From: Oscillospiraceae bacterium
GTDB taxonomy: Bacteria > Bacillota > Clostridia > Oscillospirales > Oscillospiraceae
Assembly: GCA_017477525.1 (NCBI GenBank)
Contig: JAFUVO010000016.1
Location: 33,119-97,118 of the forward strand
Length of the DNA stretch: 64,000 nt
Reading direction: 5' to 3'
In this document: one piece after another, positions 9,231 through 19,147 of the stretch
Position numbering within the stretch: position 1 is the first letter of the stretch
Layout of the letters: every line of letters begins with the position of its first letter
Notes under the pieces: model-generated
Database searches by the model: none
Seen by the model: the letters and a program-made list of their open reading frames with translations, nothing else
What the model was told of the DNA's origin: nothing
Made by a program: the position numbers and the translations under genes

Positions 9231-9820
9231 GCGGCCCTGTCGCGGAGCTGGGCCCCAACCTCGCGGTCATTGACTGCGGCGGCCTGGGCTTCCAGGTCAA
9301 CACCTCCGCCTACACCCTCGCCGGCCTTCAGACGGGCGCGAAGGCGAAATTGTTCACCTATGTCCACATCCGCGAGGAGCTGTTCGAGATTTACGGCTTC
9401 CTCAGCAGGGCGGAAAAGCGCTGCTTCGAGCTGCTGCTGGGCGTCAGCGGCGTTGGGCCGAAGGCGGCGCTGGCCATCCTCTCCACAGGCTCGCCGGAAG
9501 AGGTTATTTTCTCCATTGTCTCCGGGGACGAGAAGGCCATCATGGCCGCCCAGGGCGTGGGGAAAAAAATCGCCCAGCGGATCATCCTTGAGCTCAAGGA
9601 CAAGCTCGCCAGCGAGACTTCGTCCATCTCCTTCCCCGGCGGCAAGAGCGCCCCGGTCCTGCCCCGCGGCGGCGGAAACCGGGACGACGTGGCCGCGGCC
9701 CTGACGGTGCTGGGCTATGCCTCCGCGGAGATCAACGCCGCGCTGAAGGGGATAGATTTGGACCAAATCAGCGTGGAGGACGGCGTCAAGGCCGCCCTGC
9801 GGGCGATGATGACAAAATAA
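9215..9820 (+). CDS. ruvA: Holliday junction branch migration complex subunit RuvA
   Basis: MFHYISG...GGLGFQV...[17 protein letters not shown]. It lies between ruvC and ruvB. Confidence 0.93.
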   Translation: MFHYISGPVAELGPNLAVIDCGGLGFQVNTSAYTLAGLQTGAKAKLFTYVHIREELFEIYGFLSRAEKRCFELLLGVSGVGPKAALAILSTGSPEEVIFSIVSGDEKAIMAAQGVGKKIAQRIILELKDKLASETSSISFPGGKSAPVLPRGGGNRDDVAAALTVLGYASAEINAALKGIDLDQISVEDGVKAALRAMMTK

Positions 9821-9830
9821 GAGGGGTACT

Positions 9831-10871
9831 ATGAGCATCAGCTTTTCGGACGAGAGCTTCGCGGAGGCCATTACCACCACCTCCGCGCTTCCGGAGGACG
9901 GGAACGAGGTGTCGCTCCGCCCCCGTTATCTGAACGAGTACGTGGGACAGGCCAAGGCGAAGGAAAATCTGGAGGTGTTCATCGAGGCAGCCAAGCTGCG
10001 CGGCGAACCCCTCGACCATGTGCTGCTCTCCGGCCCCCCGGGCCTGGGCAAAACCACGCTGGCCTCCATTATCGCCAATGAGATGAGCGTGAATATGCGC
10101 ATCACCTCCGGGCCGACGATTGAAAAGCCCGGCGACCTGGTGGCGCTGCTGACCAACCTGCAGCCCAATGACATCCTGTTTGTGGATGAGATCCACCGGC
10201 TGAACCACCAGGTGGAGGAAATTTTGTACCCCGCGATGGAGGATTATGTCATCGACATCATCATCGGCAAAGGACCAAGCGCCAACTCCATCCGGCTGAA
10301 CCTGCCGAAATTTACGCTGATCGGCGCGACCACCCGCTCCGGCCAGCTGACCGCTCCGCTGCGGGACCGCTTCGGCGTGGTGCTGCGCCTCGAGCTCTAC
10401 AACGTCGCCGAGCTGCAGCGGATCGTGGAGCGCTCCGCCGGCATCCTCGGCGTGTCGATTGAGCGGGAGGGCGCGGAGGAAATCGCCAAACGCAGCCGGG
10501 GGACGCCCCGCATTGCCAACCGAATGCTCCGCCGGGTCCGGGATTTTGCCCAGGTCCGCGCCGACGGCGTGATTACGCGGGAGGTGGCGGACGCCGCCCT
10601 GACCCGCCTCGAGGTAGACCACATGGGCCTGGACGCCCTCGACCGCCGGATGCTGCGCAGCATCATTGAGTTTTACCACGGCGGCCCCGTGGGGCTGGAA
10701 ACCCTCGCCGCCACCATCAATGAGGAAGCCGTCACTCTTGAGGACGTCTACGAGCCCTATCTGCTGCAGCAGGGCTTCTTAACGCGCACGCCCCGGGGCC
10801 GCTGCGTCACCCAAAAGGCTTACGCCCACTTGAATATTCCCTTCATGGGCCAGAGCAGTCTGGAGCTTTAA
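9831..10871 (+). CDS. ruvB: Holliday junction DNA helicase RuvB
   Basis: Walker [12 protein letters not shown], Walker [11 protein letters not shown], and the RuvB C-terminal winged helix. Confidence 0.96.
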   Translation: MSISFSDESFAEAITTTSALPEDGNEVSLRPRYLNEYVGQAKAKENLEVFIEAAKLRGEPLDHVLLSGPPGLGKTTLASIIANEMSVNMRITSGPTIEKPGDLVALLTNLQPNDILFVDEIHRLNHQVEEILYPAMEDYVIDIIIGKGPSANSIRLNLPKFTLIGATTRSGQLTAPLRDRFGVVLRLELYNVAELQRIVERSAGILGVSIEREGAEEIAKRSRGTPRIANRMLRRVRDFAQVRADGVITREVADAALTRLEVDHMGLDALDRRMLRSIIEFYHGGPVGLETLAATINEEAVTLEDVYEPYLLQQGFLTRTPRGRCVTQKAYAHLNIPFMGQSSLEL

Positions 10872-11019
10872 AGACTTTTTTCCATGCATAACGTTTATTT
10901 TGAATGGGTTTCCAGCCCGCGATCCTCTCCCCTCCGTCGCAGGAAACGCAGGTAATGGGTCAATATTTGTCCGCTGAATTTTTTCCGGGCCTGTTTTTTG
11001 GTTTTTTTTGCAGTTTTCC

Positions 11020-11048
11020 TTGACATATTATTATTCAGTGTATATAAT
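11020..11048 (+). promoter_or_regulatory. Consensus sigma-A promoter upstream of sigH
   Basis: TTGACA (11020-11025), exactly 17 bp, then TATAAT (11043-11048). It ends 29 nt before the TTG start of the sigma factor gene. Confidence 0.75.
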
Positions 11049-11076
11049 GGTAGCGGCAGAAAATTGGTGAACCGCT

Positions 11077-11691
11077 TTGACTGACTATTCCGCGTATTCC
11101 GATATTCAACTGTTGCGCCTGGCCGGGGCCGGGGACCGTTCCGCTGAAGACGCGCTCATCCTCCGCTACCGCTGTCTCGTCCGCTCCTGCACCAGGCCCT
11201 ATTTCCTGGCCGGGGGCGATCGGGAGGATTTGGTACAGGAGGGTATGATCGGGCTGATTTCCGCAATGCGGGAATTTGATCCCTCCGGCGGGGCCTCCTT
11301 CCGGACCTATGCCGAGCTGTGCATCCGCCGCCGGGTCATCAGTGCGGCGAAATCAGCTTCACGGCAAAAGCACGCACCGTTAAACGATGGTATTTCACTG
11401 GATGAAATCCTCTCTGAAGAGAACCAGAACGTATCCTTTTTCACGGGGCAGAGATTTGCCCGCTCTCCCGAGGATCAGATGCTGGCCCGGGAACGGGAGC
11501 GGGATTTTTATGAAACCTATTCACGGTATTTGTCCGCGTTTGAGGCAGAAATTCTCGAATATTACCTGAAAGGGCTGAGTTATCAGGAGATCGGGGATAA
11601 GTGTGGCCGTTCCCTCAAAAGCGTGGACAATGCCATCCAGCGCATTCGGAACAAGCTATCCCGGCGCTTCACCCATGGCGATTTCAGCTAA
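11077..11691 (+). CDS. sigH: RNA polymerase sporulation sigma factor SigH
   Basis: Region 2 reads DLVQEGMIGLISAMREFDP....FRTYAELCIRRRVISA. Region 4 HTH reads YLKGLSYQEIGDKCGRSLKSVDNAIQRIRNKL. TTG start. Confidence 0.85.
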   Translation: MTDYSAYSDIQLLRLAGAGDRSAEDALILRYRCLVRSCTRPYFLAGGDREDLVQEGMIGLISAMREFDPSGGASFRTYAELCIRRRVISAAKSASRQKHAPLNDGISLDEILSEENQNVSFFTGQRFARSPEDQMLARERERDFYETYSRYLSAFEAEILEYYLKGLSYQEIGDKCGRSLKSVDNAIQRIRNKLSRRFTHGDFS

Positions 11692-11751
11692 GTTTAGCTG
11701 TCGCAATATTAAAAGCCCCCAAAAGGCGGAATCAAAAAGAGAGGATTCGAA

Positions 11752-12030
11752 ATGTACGAAGACAAGACCTTAGTGTGCAAAGAATGCGGCAATGAGTTCG
11801 TATTCACCGCAGGCGAGCAGGAGTTCTATGCCGAGCGCGGCTTCCAGAACGAGCCCCAGCGCTGCAAGGCATGCCGCGACGCCCGCAAGGCCGCTGCCCG
11901 CGGCCCGCGCGAGTTCTTCACCGCCGTCTGCGCCGCCTGCGGCGGTGAGGCCAGGGTTCCATTCCAGCCCAGGGACGACCGCCCCGTCTACTGCAGCGAC
12001 TGCTTCGCCAAGATGAAAGCGGCGGAGTGA
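11752..12030 (+). CDS. Zinc-ribbon domain protein (two CxxC...CxxC modules)
   Basis: CKECGNEF...CKACR and CAACGGEA...CSDCF. This is a small protein common in Clostridia. The function is not established. Confidence 0.7.
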   Translation: MYEDKTLVCKECGNEFVFTAGEQEFYAERGFQNEPQRCKACRDARKAAARGPREFFTAVCAACGGEARVPFQPRDDRPVYCSDCFAKMKAAE

Positions 12031-12035
12031 GCTTC

Positions 12036-12082
12036 CAAACAAACAAAAAAGCATGTCACCGACATGCTTTTTTGTTTGTTTG
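12036..12082. terminator. Bidirectional intrinsic terminator
   Basis: Extended palindrome CAAACAAACAAAAAAGCATGTC-acc-GACATGCTTTTTTGTTTGTTTG between convergent genes. Confidence 0.8.
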
Positions 12083-12150
12083 GGGAAACATATAATCTGT
12101 GCCGCCTTCTGCCCGGATGGGGAGAAGGCGGCGCAAAGCAAAGAGGCATC

Positions 12151-13395
12151 TCAGGCGTAACGTGTCCGCATGACTTCCTCCCAGGCGCAATAGCCCTCCA
12201 CCGAGAGGTGGGGCGAGCCGTCCCAGCCGGCGTATTCCGGCGGGAGATAGCCGTCTTCGCCGCAAAGCGCGGAATACACATCGAGATACCAGCACTGCTT
12301 CTCCTCCGCCATGCGGTAGAGCGCCTCGTTGAAGGCCCGGATTGCCTCCATGCTGTAATTCCCGTCTTCAGCCCGTTCCCGCGTCACCGGCGCCAGGGAT
12401 ATCACGTAGATCTCCGCCTCCGGCATGGCCGCGCGGATGCGGTCGACAAGAGGGGCATAGAGGGCGCAGAAATTCTCCGGGCTGCTGTAGAGGTCGAACA
12501 CGCCGTAGGTGATGTAGACCCTTCGGTAACTGTTTGCGCACAACTGCTCCATCCAGCGCTCGGCGTCGATAATTGAGGTGTACTCATCACCGTAAAAGTC
12601 CATAATGCCGTGGAGGCCGGAATAGATGCCCATCCCCTGGGCCAGGGAGGAGCCGAGCATGGCGCTGTCGGCGAAGAAGGCGTCCTCCGCCCGCTCCCGA
12701 AGGGCCAGGTCGGGCCAGCTCCACTCCCGCAGTGTAAACTTCACGCGCAGGGAGCGGCGGGCCATGCGGGCCAGGGCCGCGGCGGCCTCGGCGTGGGAAA
12801 TCGCATCGTCCGGGCGGAAATTGGTGCGCCCCGTGGCCGCGGCGGAGAAGATTCCCGCCCGGTAAAGGCTGTAGACCGCGCCGGCGCAGGCGGCGTCCGC
12901 GGGCACGTCGCCGACCCGGCCCTGCGGCACATCATTGAGCGCCGGCAGCGCCTTCCCGGGCAGCGCCTGGGACAGCAGCACCGCGAAATCCCCCCGGCTG
13001 ATCGACGCGGCGGCGTTTTCCTCCGCCCCGGCGGGCAGCCCATTGTCAGAAGCGTAATCCCAGTAGGCCCGGTACCAGGGGTCTGTCGCGGGAAACTCCG
13101 CCTCCCCCGTGTTGTACAGGCTGTGCAGGCGGCAGGCCAGCACCAGCGCTTCCGCATGGCTCAGCGGCTGCGCCATTCCGAACACGCCGCCGCTGCCAAG
13201 CATCAGCCCCAGCTCGTACACCGCGGCGACGCTGTCCCGGTAAGGGCTGTCCGCCGCCACGTCGGAAAACAGCCCGTCGCTGTACCGCGCCGTGGGGCGC
13301 AGATTGGCGAAGCCCGGACCGGCATTCGCCCGCGCCGGTACGCACAGGGCCAGCGCCAGTATCAGCGCCAGCGTCAGAGAAATACATCGTTTCAT
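12151..13395 (-). CDS. Secreted SLH-domain protein with C-terminal SGNH/GDSL-like hydrolase domain
   Basis: Signal peptide (LALALCVPARA). Two SLH-like segments (FSDV...YRDSVAAVYELGLM.G; GDVPADAACAGAVYSLYRAGIF). The C-terminal SGNH-like block is YVISLAPV...FNEALY. Confidence 0.6.
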   Translation of the reverse strand: MKRCISLTLALILALALCVPARANAGPGFANLRPTARYSDGLFSDVAADSPYRDSVAAVYELGLMLGSGGVFGMAQPLSHAEALVLACRLHSLYNTGEAEFPATDPWYRAYWDYASDNGLPAGAEENAAASISRGDFAVLLSQALPGKALPALNDVPQGRVGDVPADAACAGAVYSLYRAGIFSAAATGRTNFRPDDAISHAEAAAALARMARRSLRVKFTLREWSWPDLALRERAEDAFFADSAMLGSSLAQGMGIYSGLHGIMDFYGDEYTSIIDAERWMEQLCANSYRRVYITYGVFDLYSSPENFCALYAPLVDRIRAAMPEAEIYVISLAPVTRERAEDGNYSMEAIRAFNEALYRMAEEKQCWYLDVYSALCGEDGYLPPEYAGWDGSPHLSVEGYCAWEEVMRTRYA

Positions 13396-13922
13396 AGCTC
13401 CTTCTCCCCTATCGGTAATTGTATGATTTTCCTCCCGCTGCGCATGGCGTAAAGAATCGTCGCCTGTGTCCCGCCTGGGAGGCCGTTATATACCGCGATG
13501 AGGTATTCCGCCGCGTCCACCATATAGCGGTTGCGCCGCATCATGCAGTCGGCGGTGTAGCTCCGGGAGATCACGGTGTGGAAGTCGCATTCCGTCACAA
13601 GGCGGTCGTAGCGGCGGCGCTGGGCTTCGCTCCAGTGCGCCGACTGGTCCTCGCAGGGGATCGCGGCCTCGATCGTCACCTCCGGGTGCTCCTCCCGCAG
13701 CGCCATAACCGCCTCGCAGAAATAAAAGTCACAGCCCGTGGCCATGCCGCAGAGGTAATGCCGCACCCCATCTATATATACCGCCTCGACGGCATCAAAT
13801 ATGTATCGTTTGAGCCTGATACAGCGCGAATCCTCCTCATTTTCCCTCCATGGGAGCTTGGCCTCCCTGTGACCTGTGAACGCGCAGGCGTGTTTTATAT
13901 CATTGTTATTCATATGCGCCAC
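13392..13922 (-). CDS. SLOG-fold DUF1273 (YpsA-like) protein
   Basis: CAFTGHR...GMATGCDFYFCEAV...EAAIPCEDQ...W...YDRL...AD matches the DUF1273 pattern. Its stop overlaps the downstream start by 4 nt. Confidence 0.75.
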   Translation of the reverse strand: MAHMNNNDIKHACAFTGHREAKLPWRENEEDSRCIRLKRYIFDAVEAVYIDGVRHYLCGMATGCDFYFCEAVMALREEHPEVTIEAAIPCEDQSAHWSEAQRRRYDRLVTECDFHTVISRSYTADCMMRRNRYMVDAAEYLIAVYNGLPGGTQATILYAMRSGRKIIQLPIGEKEL

Positions 13923-14067
13923 CTGTTATGCCCTGCCCTTCCACGCCGGAAAGGCGTTTTTTGCCGCCCCTCCGGGCGAACGCCATCATTGTACACGACG
14001 AAAAGAATCTTGTCAAAACCTATTGCAATTTCCCCCAGACTGTGCTATAGTACCATACGAACTGAAT

Positions 14068-14192
14068 AGGAAGATCTTCAGGGCAGGGTGAAATTCCCGA
14101 CCGGCAGTGAAAGTCTGCGAGCCTTTTCCCTCGGGAAGGGTTGATACGGTGTAATTCCGTAACCGACGGTATAGTCCGGATGGAAGAAGATG
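14068..14192 (+). promoter_or_regulatory. FMN riboswitch (RFN element)
   Basis: Carries the conserved RFN blocks: CAGGGCAGGGTGAAATTCCCGACCGGCAGT, AAGTCTGCGAGCC, and GGTTGATACGGTGTAATTCCGTAACCGACGGTATAGTCCGGATGGAAGAAG. It lies directly upstream of a RibU-type gene. Confidence 0.93.
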
Positions 14193-14288
14193 CTTCGGCT
14201 TGCGCGTTTTGGGGGAAATGCGGCAGTCCGACGGTGCCTGGAAGAAGAGCTTCTCTTTCAGGCAATCTTTATTTTTCGGAGGTATCCC

Positions 14289-14912
14289 ATGAAAAGCACA
14301 AGCAAAACCGCCTATTTCGCGAAAGTCGCCATGCTCGGCGTCCTGGCCTATCTGGTCATGTTCATCGAGTTTGCCCTCCCCTTCTTCCCCTCCTTCCTGA
14401 AGCTGGACCTCAGCGACCTGGTCCCCCTGATCGGCTCCCTGGCCCTCGGCCCCGTCGCCGGCCTGCTGATTGAGCTGTTGAAGAACCTGCTCCATCTGCT
14501 CACCACCCACACCGGCGGCGTCGGTGAGCTGGCGAATTTCATTGTAGGCAGCGCCTTTGTCTGCACCGCAGGCATCATCTACCAGCACAACAAGACGAGG
14601 CTCGGCGCTGTGATTGCCTTGGCCTGCTCCGTGCTGGCGATGATCGTTTCCGGCGCGCTGGTGAACTACTTCATCACCGTCCCCCTCTATGCCATTGTCC
14701 TGGGTCTCTCCACGGAGAGCATCGTGGGCATGTCCAGCGCCGTCATTCCCGCGATCCATGACAAGCTGACGCTGATCCTCTTCGCCTTCTGCCCCTTCAA
14801 CCTGCTCAAGGGCATTGTTTTGACCCTGATTACCATGCCGCTGTACAAGCGCGTTTCCCCCATGCTCAAGCGGGAGAATCTGCGCGGCGGCAAGAAGGAG
14901 GCGAAGGTCTGA
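14289..14912 (+). CDS. ribU: ECF transporter S component, riboflavin transporter RibU
   Basis: Six-TM protein with FLKLDLSDLVPLIGSLALGP, typical of RibU. It is preceded by the FMN riboswitch. ATG 14289 follows GGAGG. Confidence 0.88.
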   Translation: MKSTSKTAYFAKVAMLGVLAYLVMFIEFALPFFPSFLKLDLSDLVPLIGSLALGPVAGLLIELLKNLLHLLTTHTGGVGELANFIVGSAFVCTAGIIYQHNKTRLGAVIALACSVLAMIVSGALVNYFITVPLYAIVLGLSTESIVGMSSAVIPAIHDKLTLILFAFCPFNLLKGIVLTLITMPLYKRVSPMLKRENLRGGKKEAKV

Positions 14913-14913
14913 C

Positions 14914-15351
14914 TTGACCCTCCGCTTCCAACGCCTCAGTCCCAACGCCTCAGTCCCCACGGCGGCCACCCCCTTCGCCGCGGGTTATGACCTGCGGGCC
15001 TGCCTCGACGCTCCCGTCGATATCGCCCCCGGGCAGACCGTGATGGTCGGCACCGGCCTGGCCATCGCCCTCCCGGAGGGCTGGTTCGGCGCGGTGTTCG
15101 CCCGCAGCGGCCTGGCCGCCCGGCAGGGCCTCCGCCCCGCCAACTGCGTCGGCGTCTGCGACTGCGACTACCGGGGAGAATATCTCATCCCCCTGCACAA
15201 CGACAGCGATGAAACCCGTACCGTTTCCCACGGCGACAGAATCGCCCAACTGGTCCTGCTCCCCTGTCCCCGTATTGAATTTGAAGAGGCGGAAAGCCTT
15301 CCCGCCTCCGGCCGCGGCGTTTCCGGTTTTGGGAGTACTGGGCTTTCCTAA
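14914..15351 (+). CDS. dut: dUTP diphosphatase
   Basis: AAGYDLRA...ARSGLA...DCDYRGE...GDRIAQLV...RG..GFGSTG are the dUTPase motifs. TTG start. Confidence 0.92.
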   Translation: MTLRFQRLSPNASVPTAATPFAAGYDLRACLDAPVDIAPGQTVMVGTGLAIALPEGWFGAVFARSGLAARQGLRPANCVGVCDCDYRGEYLIPLHNDSDETRTVSHGDRIAQLVLLPCPRIEFEEAESLPASGRGVSGFGSTGLS

Positions 15352-15362
15352 TATGTTTTTGG

Positions 15363-15405
15363 AAAATACCGCACAACTCCGCCGCCGGAGTTGGGCGGTA
15401 TTTTA
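15363..15405 (+). terminator. Intrinsic terminator after dut
   Basis: AAATACCGCACAACTCCG...CGGAGTTGGGCGGTATTT hairpin followed by TTTT. Confidence 0.75.
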
Positions 15406-15454
15406 GTACAATTAAACGAAAAGTTCAAATATCGAATATTTTTGAATTTTTTGC

Positions 15455-15483
15455 TTGATTATTCATTTTCGTTATATTATAAT
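15455..15483 (+). promoter_or_regulatory. Sigma-A-type promoter of the amino-acid ABC operon
   Basis: TTGATT (15455-15460), 17 bp, then TATAAT (15478-15483). Confidence 0.6.
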
Positions 15484-15534
15484 GCACAAATAGTTCGGTA
15501 ATACCTACGAAACGAAAAAGGAGAAGGAACAAAA

Positions 15535-16380
15535 ATGAAAAAACTGATTTGCATCGTGCTGGCGCTGTGTATGGCCGCCGCGTTGGCCGCCTGCGGCGGA
15601 AGCTCCAGCTCTGGAAACAACAGCACGACGGCCGCGAACAACAACACCGCTTCGGCGAACAACGCGCCCGCGGCGGGCACGGAAGCTTCCGCGTCCGGCA
15701 GCTCCCTGACCACGATCGAGGCCGGCAAGCTGACGATTTCCACCAGCCCTGACTTCCCTCCCTTCGAGTACACGGATGACAGCGGCAACGTCATCGGAAT
15801 CGAGCCGGAGCTCATGAAGCTGATCTGCGACAAGCTGGGGCTGGAACTGCAGATTGACGCGATGGACTTCAACAGCGCGCTTCTGGCAGCCGAAAACGGA
15901 AAGAGCGACGCGGTGGTTTCGGGCGTCACTGTCCGCGAGGACCGCAAAGCCCTGTTTGACTTCACCACCAGCTACACCACGATTACGCAGGCGATTGTCT
16001 CGAAGGAAGGTTCCGGCATCACCATGGAGAACCTTGGTTCCTACCGCATCGGCGTCCAGAGCGGCACAACCGGACAGGAGTTTGTGGAAGAGGACTTCGG
16101 CCAGGACACCGTGTTTGCCTACGATACCTATTCCCTGGTGTTCCAGGCCCTAAACAACGGGCAGGTCGACTGCATCGTCATGGACGACGCGGTTGCAAAG
16201 GCTTATATCGCTTCCAATCCCGGCCTGACCATGACAAACACCACGTATTCGCCTGAGGAGTACGCCTTTGGGTTCCACAAGGGCAACGAGGCGCTGGTGA
16301 ACGCGGTCAACAGCGCGCTGGCTGAGCTGATGGCCGACGGTACAGTGGACAGCATCATCAGCAAATACATGACGGAGTAA
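15535..16380 (+). CDS. Amino-acid ABC transporter substrate-binding lipoprotein
   Basis: Lipobox LAACGG. Family-3 SBP features (PDFPPFEY...GIEPEL...DAVVSGVTV...R...FDF). The substrate is not determinable from the sequence. Confidence 0.85.
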   Translation: MKKLICIVLALCMAAALAACGGSSSSGNNSTTAANNNTASANNAPAAGTEASASGSSLTTIEAGKLTISTSPDFPPFEYTDDSGNVIGIEPELMKLICDKLGLELQIDAMDFNSALLAAENGKSDAVVSGVTVREDRKALFDFTTSYTTITQAIVSKEGSGITMENLGSYRIGVQSGTTGQEFVEEDFGQDTVFAYDTYSLVFQALNNGQVDCIVMDDAVAKAYIASNPGLTMTNTTYSPEEYAFGFHKGNEALVNAVNSALAELMADGTVDSIISKYMTE

Positions 16381-16454
16381 GATTATGATGGAAAAGGGCG
16401 GTCCCATGATGAACCGCCTTTTTCCATTCTGAGGAAAAGAGAGGTGTTTTCCCC

Positions 16455-17222
16455 TTGTCCAGTTACGAGCTCTGGAAGGAACTGATGCGCAGCGGAGACA
16501 GCTCCGTCACCGCGCTGCAGAGAGCATATGTCTACTTCTACCAGGCGTTCATCGAAAACAACCGCTGGCAGCAATACTTAAACGGCGTATTGACGACACT
16601 GTGGGTGACGGCGGCGGCGCTGGTGCTCGGTATTATCTTAGGCGTCATTGTCGCGGTGATCCGCACTGCCCATGACCAGCAGCGCCCGGGCCAGCGCAAT
16701 CCCCTCCTTGGTATCTGCAACTTTATCCTGAAAATCTACGTCACCGTCATCCGCGGAACGCCTATGATGGTGCAGCTGATGATCATGGGCTTCGTCATTT
16801 TCGCAAGCAGCCGTTCCTTTGCATTGGTTGGCGCGCTGACACTGGGCATCAACTCCGGGGCCTACGTTTCAGAGATCATCCGCGGCGGCCTGATGGCTGT
16901 GGACGGGGGGCAGATGGAGGCGGGGCGCAGTCTCGGCCTGAACTATGCCGATACCATGCGCTTTATCATCGTCCCGCAGGCGGTCAAGGCAATTCTGCCC
17001 GCCCTTGGCAACGAATTTATCGTGCTGCTGAAGGACACCTCCCTCATCAGCGTCATCGGCGGCAAGGAACTGCTTTACGCCGCCCGGGGCGTTGTCAGCC
17101 GGACCTACGAAGCCATGTATCCGTTTCTCGGTACCGCGCTGATCTATCTGGTGCTGGTGATGATTTTCACCTGGCTGCTGGGGATCTTTGAAAGGAGGCT
17201 GCGGCAGAGTGATCGACGTTAA
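16455..17222 (+). CDS. Amino-acid ABC transporter permease (His/Glu/Gln/Arg/opine family)
   Basis: Polytopic. The EAA-like loop is [23 protein letters not shown]. Confidence 0.88.
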   Translation: MSSYELWKELMRSGDSSVTALQRAYVYFYQAFIENNRWQQYLNGVLTTLWVTAAALVLGIILGVIVAVIRTAHDQQRPGQRNPLLGICNFILKIYVTVIRGTPMMVQLMIMGFVIFASSRSFALVGALTLGINSGAYVSEIIRGGLMAVDGGQMEAGRSLGLNYADTMRFIIVPQAVKAILPALGNEFIVLLKDTSLISVIGGKELLYAARGVVSRTYEAMYPFLGTALIYLVLVMIFTWLLGIFERRLRQSDRR

Positions 17223-17931
17223 AAACCTCTCGAAGTCCTTCGGGGACCACCTGGTCCTGGACAACATCAGCGAGCACATCCACCCCGGGGAAAAGGTGGT
17301 CATCATCGGCCCCTCCGGCAGCGGCAAGAGCACCTTCCTCCGCTGCCTGAACCTCCTCGAGATTCCCACGAAAGGCAGCATCACCTTTGACGGCGTCGAC
17401 ATCACGGACCCCAAGGTCAACATCGACGGCATCCGCCGCCAGATGGGGATGGTGTTCCAGCATTTCAATCTGTTCCCCAACATGACCATCCGCAAAAATA
17501 TCACCCTTGCCCCGGTGTGGACGGGCCTGATGAAGCAGGCGGAAGCGGACGAGGCGGCGGAATCCCTGCTGCGGCGGGTGGGGCTGGAGGACAAGGCGGA
17601 GGCTTATCCCGCCCAGCTCTCCGGCGGACAAAAGCAGCGCATCGCCATCGTCCGCGCCATGGCAATGAAGCCCAAGCTGATGCTCTTTGACGAGCCCACC
17701 AGCGCCCTTGACCCGGAGATGGTCGGCGAGGTGCTGGACGTCATGCGGGAGCTTGCCGACGAGGGCATGACCATGGTGGTCGTCACCCACGAGATGGGCT
17801 TTGCCCGGGAAGTCGGGACCAGGGTGCTCTTCATGGCGGACGGCATCGTCATGGAGCAGAACACCCCATCGGAACTGTTCGGCAATCCCAAATGCGAACG
17901 TCTGCGCGGTTTTCTCGCGAAAGTCCTGTAA
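17209..17931 (+). CDS. Amino-acid ABC transporter ATP-binding protein
   Basis: Starts at GTG 17209 ([12 protein letters not shown]). Walker [10 protein letters not shown], signature LSGGQKQR, Walker [13 protein letters not shown]. Confidence 0.92.
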   Translation: MIDVKNLSKSFGDHLVLDNISEHIHPGEKVVIIGPSGSGKSTFLRCLNLLEIPTKGSITFDGVDITDPKVNIDGIRRQMGMVFQHFNLFPNMTIRKNITLAPVWTGLMKQAEADEAAESLLRRVGLEDKAEAYPAQLSGGQKQRIAIVRAMAMKPKLMLFDEPTSALDPEMVGEVLDVMRELADEGMTMVVVTHEMGFAREVGTRVLFMADGIVMEQNTPSELFGNPKCERLRGFLAKVL

Positions 17932-17941
17932 GACACAGGGG

Positions 17942-17990
17942 TGCTCCGAAAAGCTTTGCTTTTTGGAGCACCCCTGTGTCTTTATTATCT
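17942..17990. terminator. Bidirectional intrinsic terminator
   Basis: 16-bp stem GACACAGGGGTGCTCC/GGAGCACCCCTGTGTC with an inner AAAAGC/GCTTTT extension, between convergent genes. Confidence 0.8.
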
Positions 17991-19142
17991 CGCGTCCCAG
18001 AGTACCGCGCCGCGTTTGAGGCGCTGCAGCCCGTCTTCGAGGGTCGCGCCCGTGCAGGCGATGTTCATGCGGATAAAGTTCTCCCCTGTCGCGCCATAAG
18101 CGCCGCCCCGGGTGACAAACAGCCCCGTTTCCTTCCGAAGGAAGGCGCAAAACTCCGTGGCCGGCATCCCCAGGTCAATCCAGAGCAGGTAAGTCGCCTC
18201 TGAGGGGACCAGGTGGAAACGCGGCAGCTCCGCCCTTAGAAAGGCGTCCACCCTGCGGCGGTTGACGGAAATGTGTTCCCGCAGGGCATCCAGCCAGGGG
18301 CCGCCCCTTGTGAACGCCGCCACCGCCGCCGGCACCGCCAGGGCGTTGGGTTCAGCTACCTCGTCCGTGTTCAGCCCGCGAAACACCTTGTGCCGCAGCG
18401 CCGGGTCCGCCACGCTGACCGCTGCCGTCTGCATCCCGGCCAGATTGAAGGCTTTCGTTGGCGCGATACATGTGATGGCAATGTCCCGGCAGGTTTCCGA
18501 TACGGAAGCGAAGGGCACGTATCCTCTGCCCGGCTCCGTCAGGTCGCAGTGGATTTCGTCCGCGACCACGGCGACGTGGTGCTGTTTGCAGAGCTCCCCG
18601 ATCCGCCCCAGCGCTTCCCGATCCCAAATCTTTCCCACGGGGTTGTGAGGGTTGCACAAAATCATCAGGGTGGTCTGGGGATCTGACAGCTTCCGTTCGA
18701 GGTCTTCAAAATCCACTGAGTAAACCCCGTTTTCATAACGCAAGGGATTTTCCAGGACGCGGCAGCCGTTGTTGACGATGGAATTGAAAAAGATGTTGTA
18801 AACCGGCGTCTGTATCAGCACGTTTTCATTGGGAGTTGTCAGCTTGCGCACGATGCTCGAAATCGCCGGTACAACCCCTGTGCAGAAGCTCAGCCACTCC
18901 CGTTCCATGCGAAAGCCGTGGCGGCGTTCCCACCAGCCGATATATGCCTCATACCATTCGTCGGGCAGGACGCTGTAACCGAAAATCCCGTGTTCCAGAC
19001 GGGCCTGAAGGGCTTCCAGTATCTCCGGCGCGGCGCGGAAGTCCATGTCCGCCACCCACATGGGAAGCTCCTTCTCCCCCACGTTCCATTTGAGGGAGCC
19101 TGTCCCCCGGCGGTTGATTGCCTCATTAAAATCATATGCCAT
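17985..19142 (-). CDS. PLP-dependent C-S lyase, MalY/PatB family (cystathionine beta-lyase-like)
   Basis: MAYDFNEAINRRGTGSLKW...MWVADMDF is the characteristic PatB/MalY N-terminus. The rest is a class I/II aminotransferase fold. Confidence 0.85.
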   Translation of the reverse strand: MAYDFNEAINRRGTGSLKWNVGEKELPMWVADMDFRAAPEILEALQARLEHGIFGYSVLPDEWYEAYIGWWERRHGFRMEREWLSFCTGVVPAISSIVRKLTTPNENVLIQTPVYNIFFNSIVNNGCRVLENPLRYENGVYSVDFEDLERKLSDPQTTLMILCNPHNPVGKIWDREALGRIGELCKQHHVAVVADEIHCDLTEPGRGYVPFASVSETCRDIAITCIAPTKAFNLAGMQTAAVSVADPALRHKVFRGLNTDEVAEPNALAVPAAVAAFTRGGPWLDALREHISVNRRRVDAFLRAELPRFHLVPSEATYLLWIDLGMPATEFCAFLRKETGLFVTRGGAYGATGENFIRMNIACTGATLEDGLQRLKRGAVLWDAR

Positions 19143-19147
19143 ATTTC

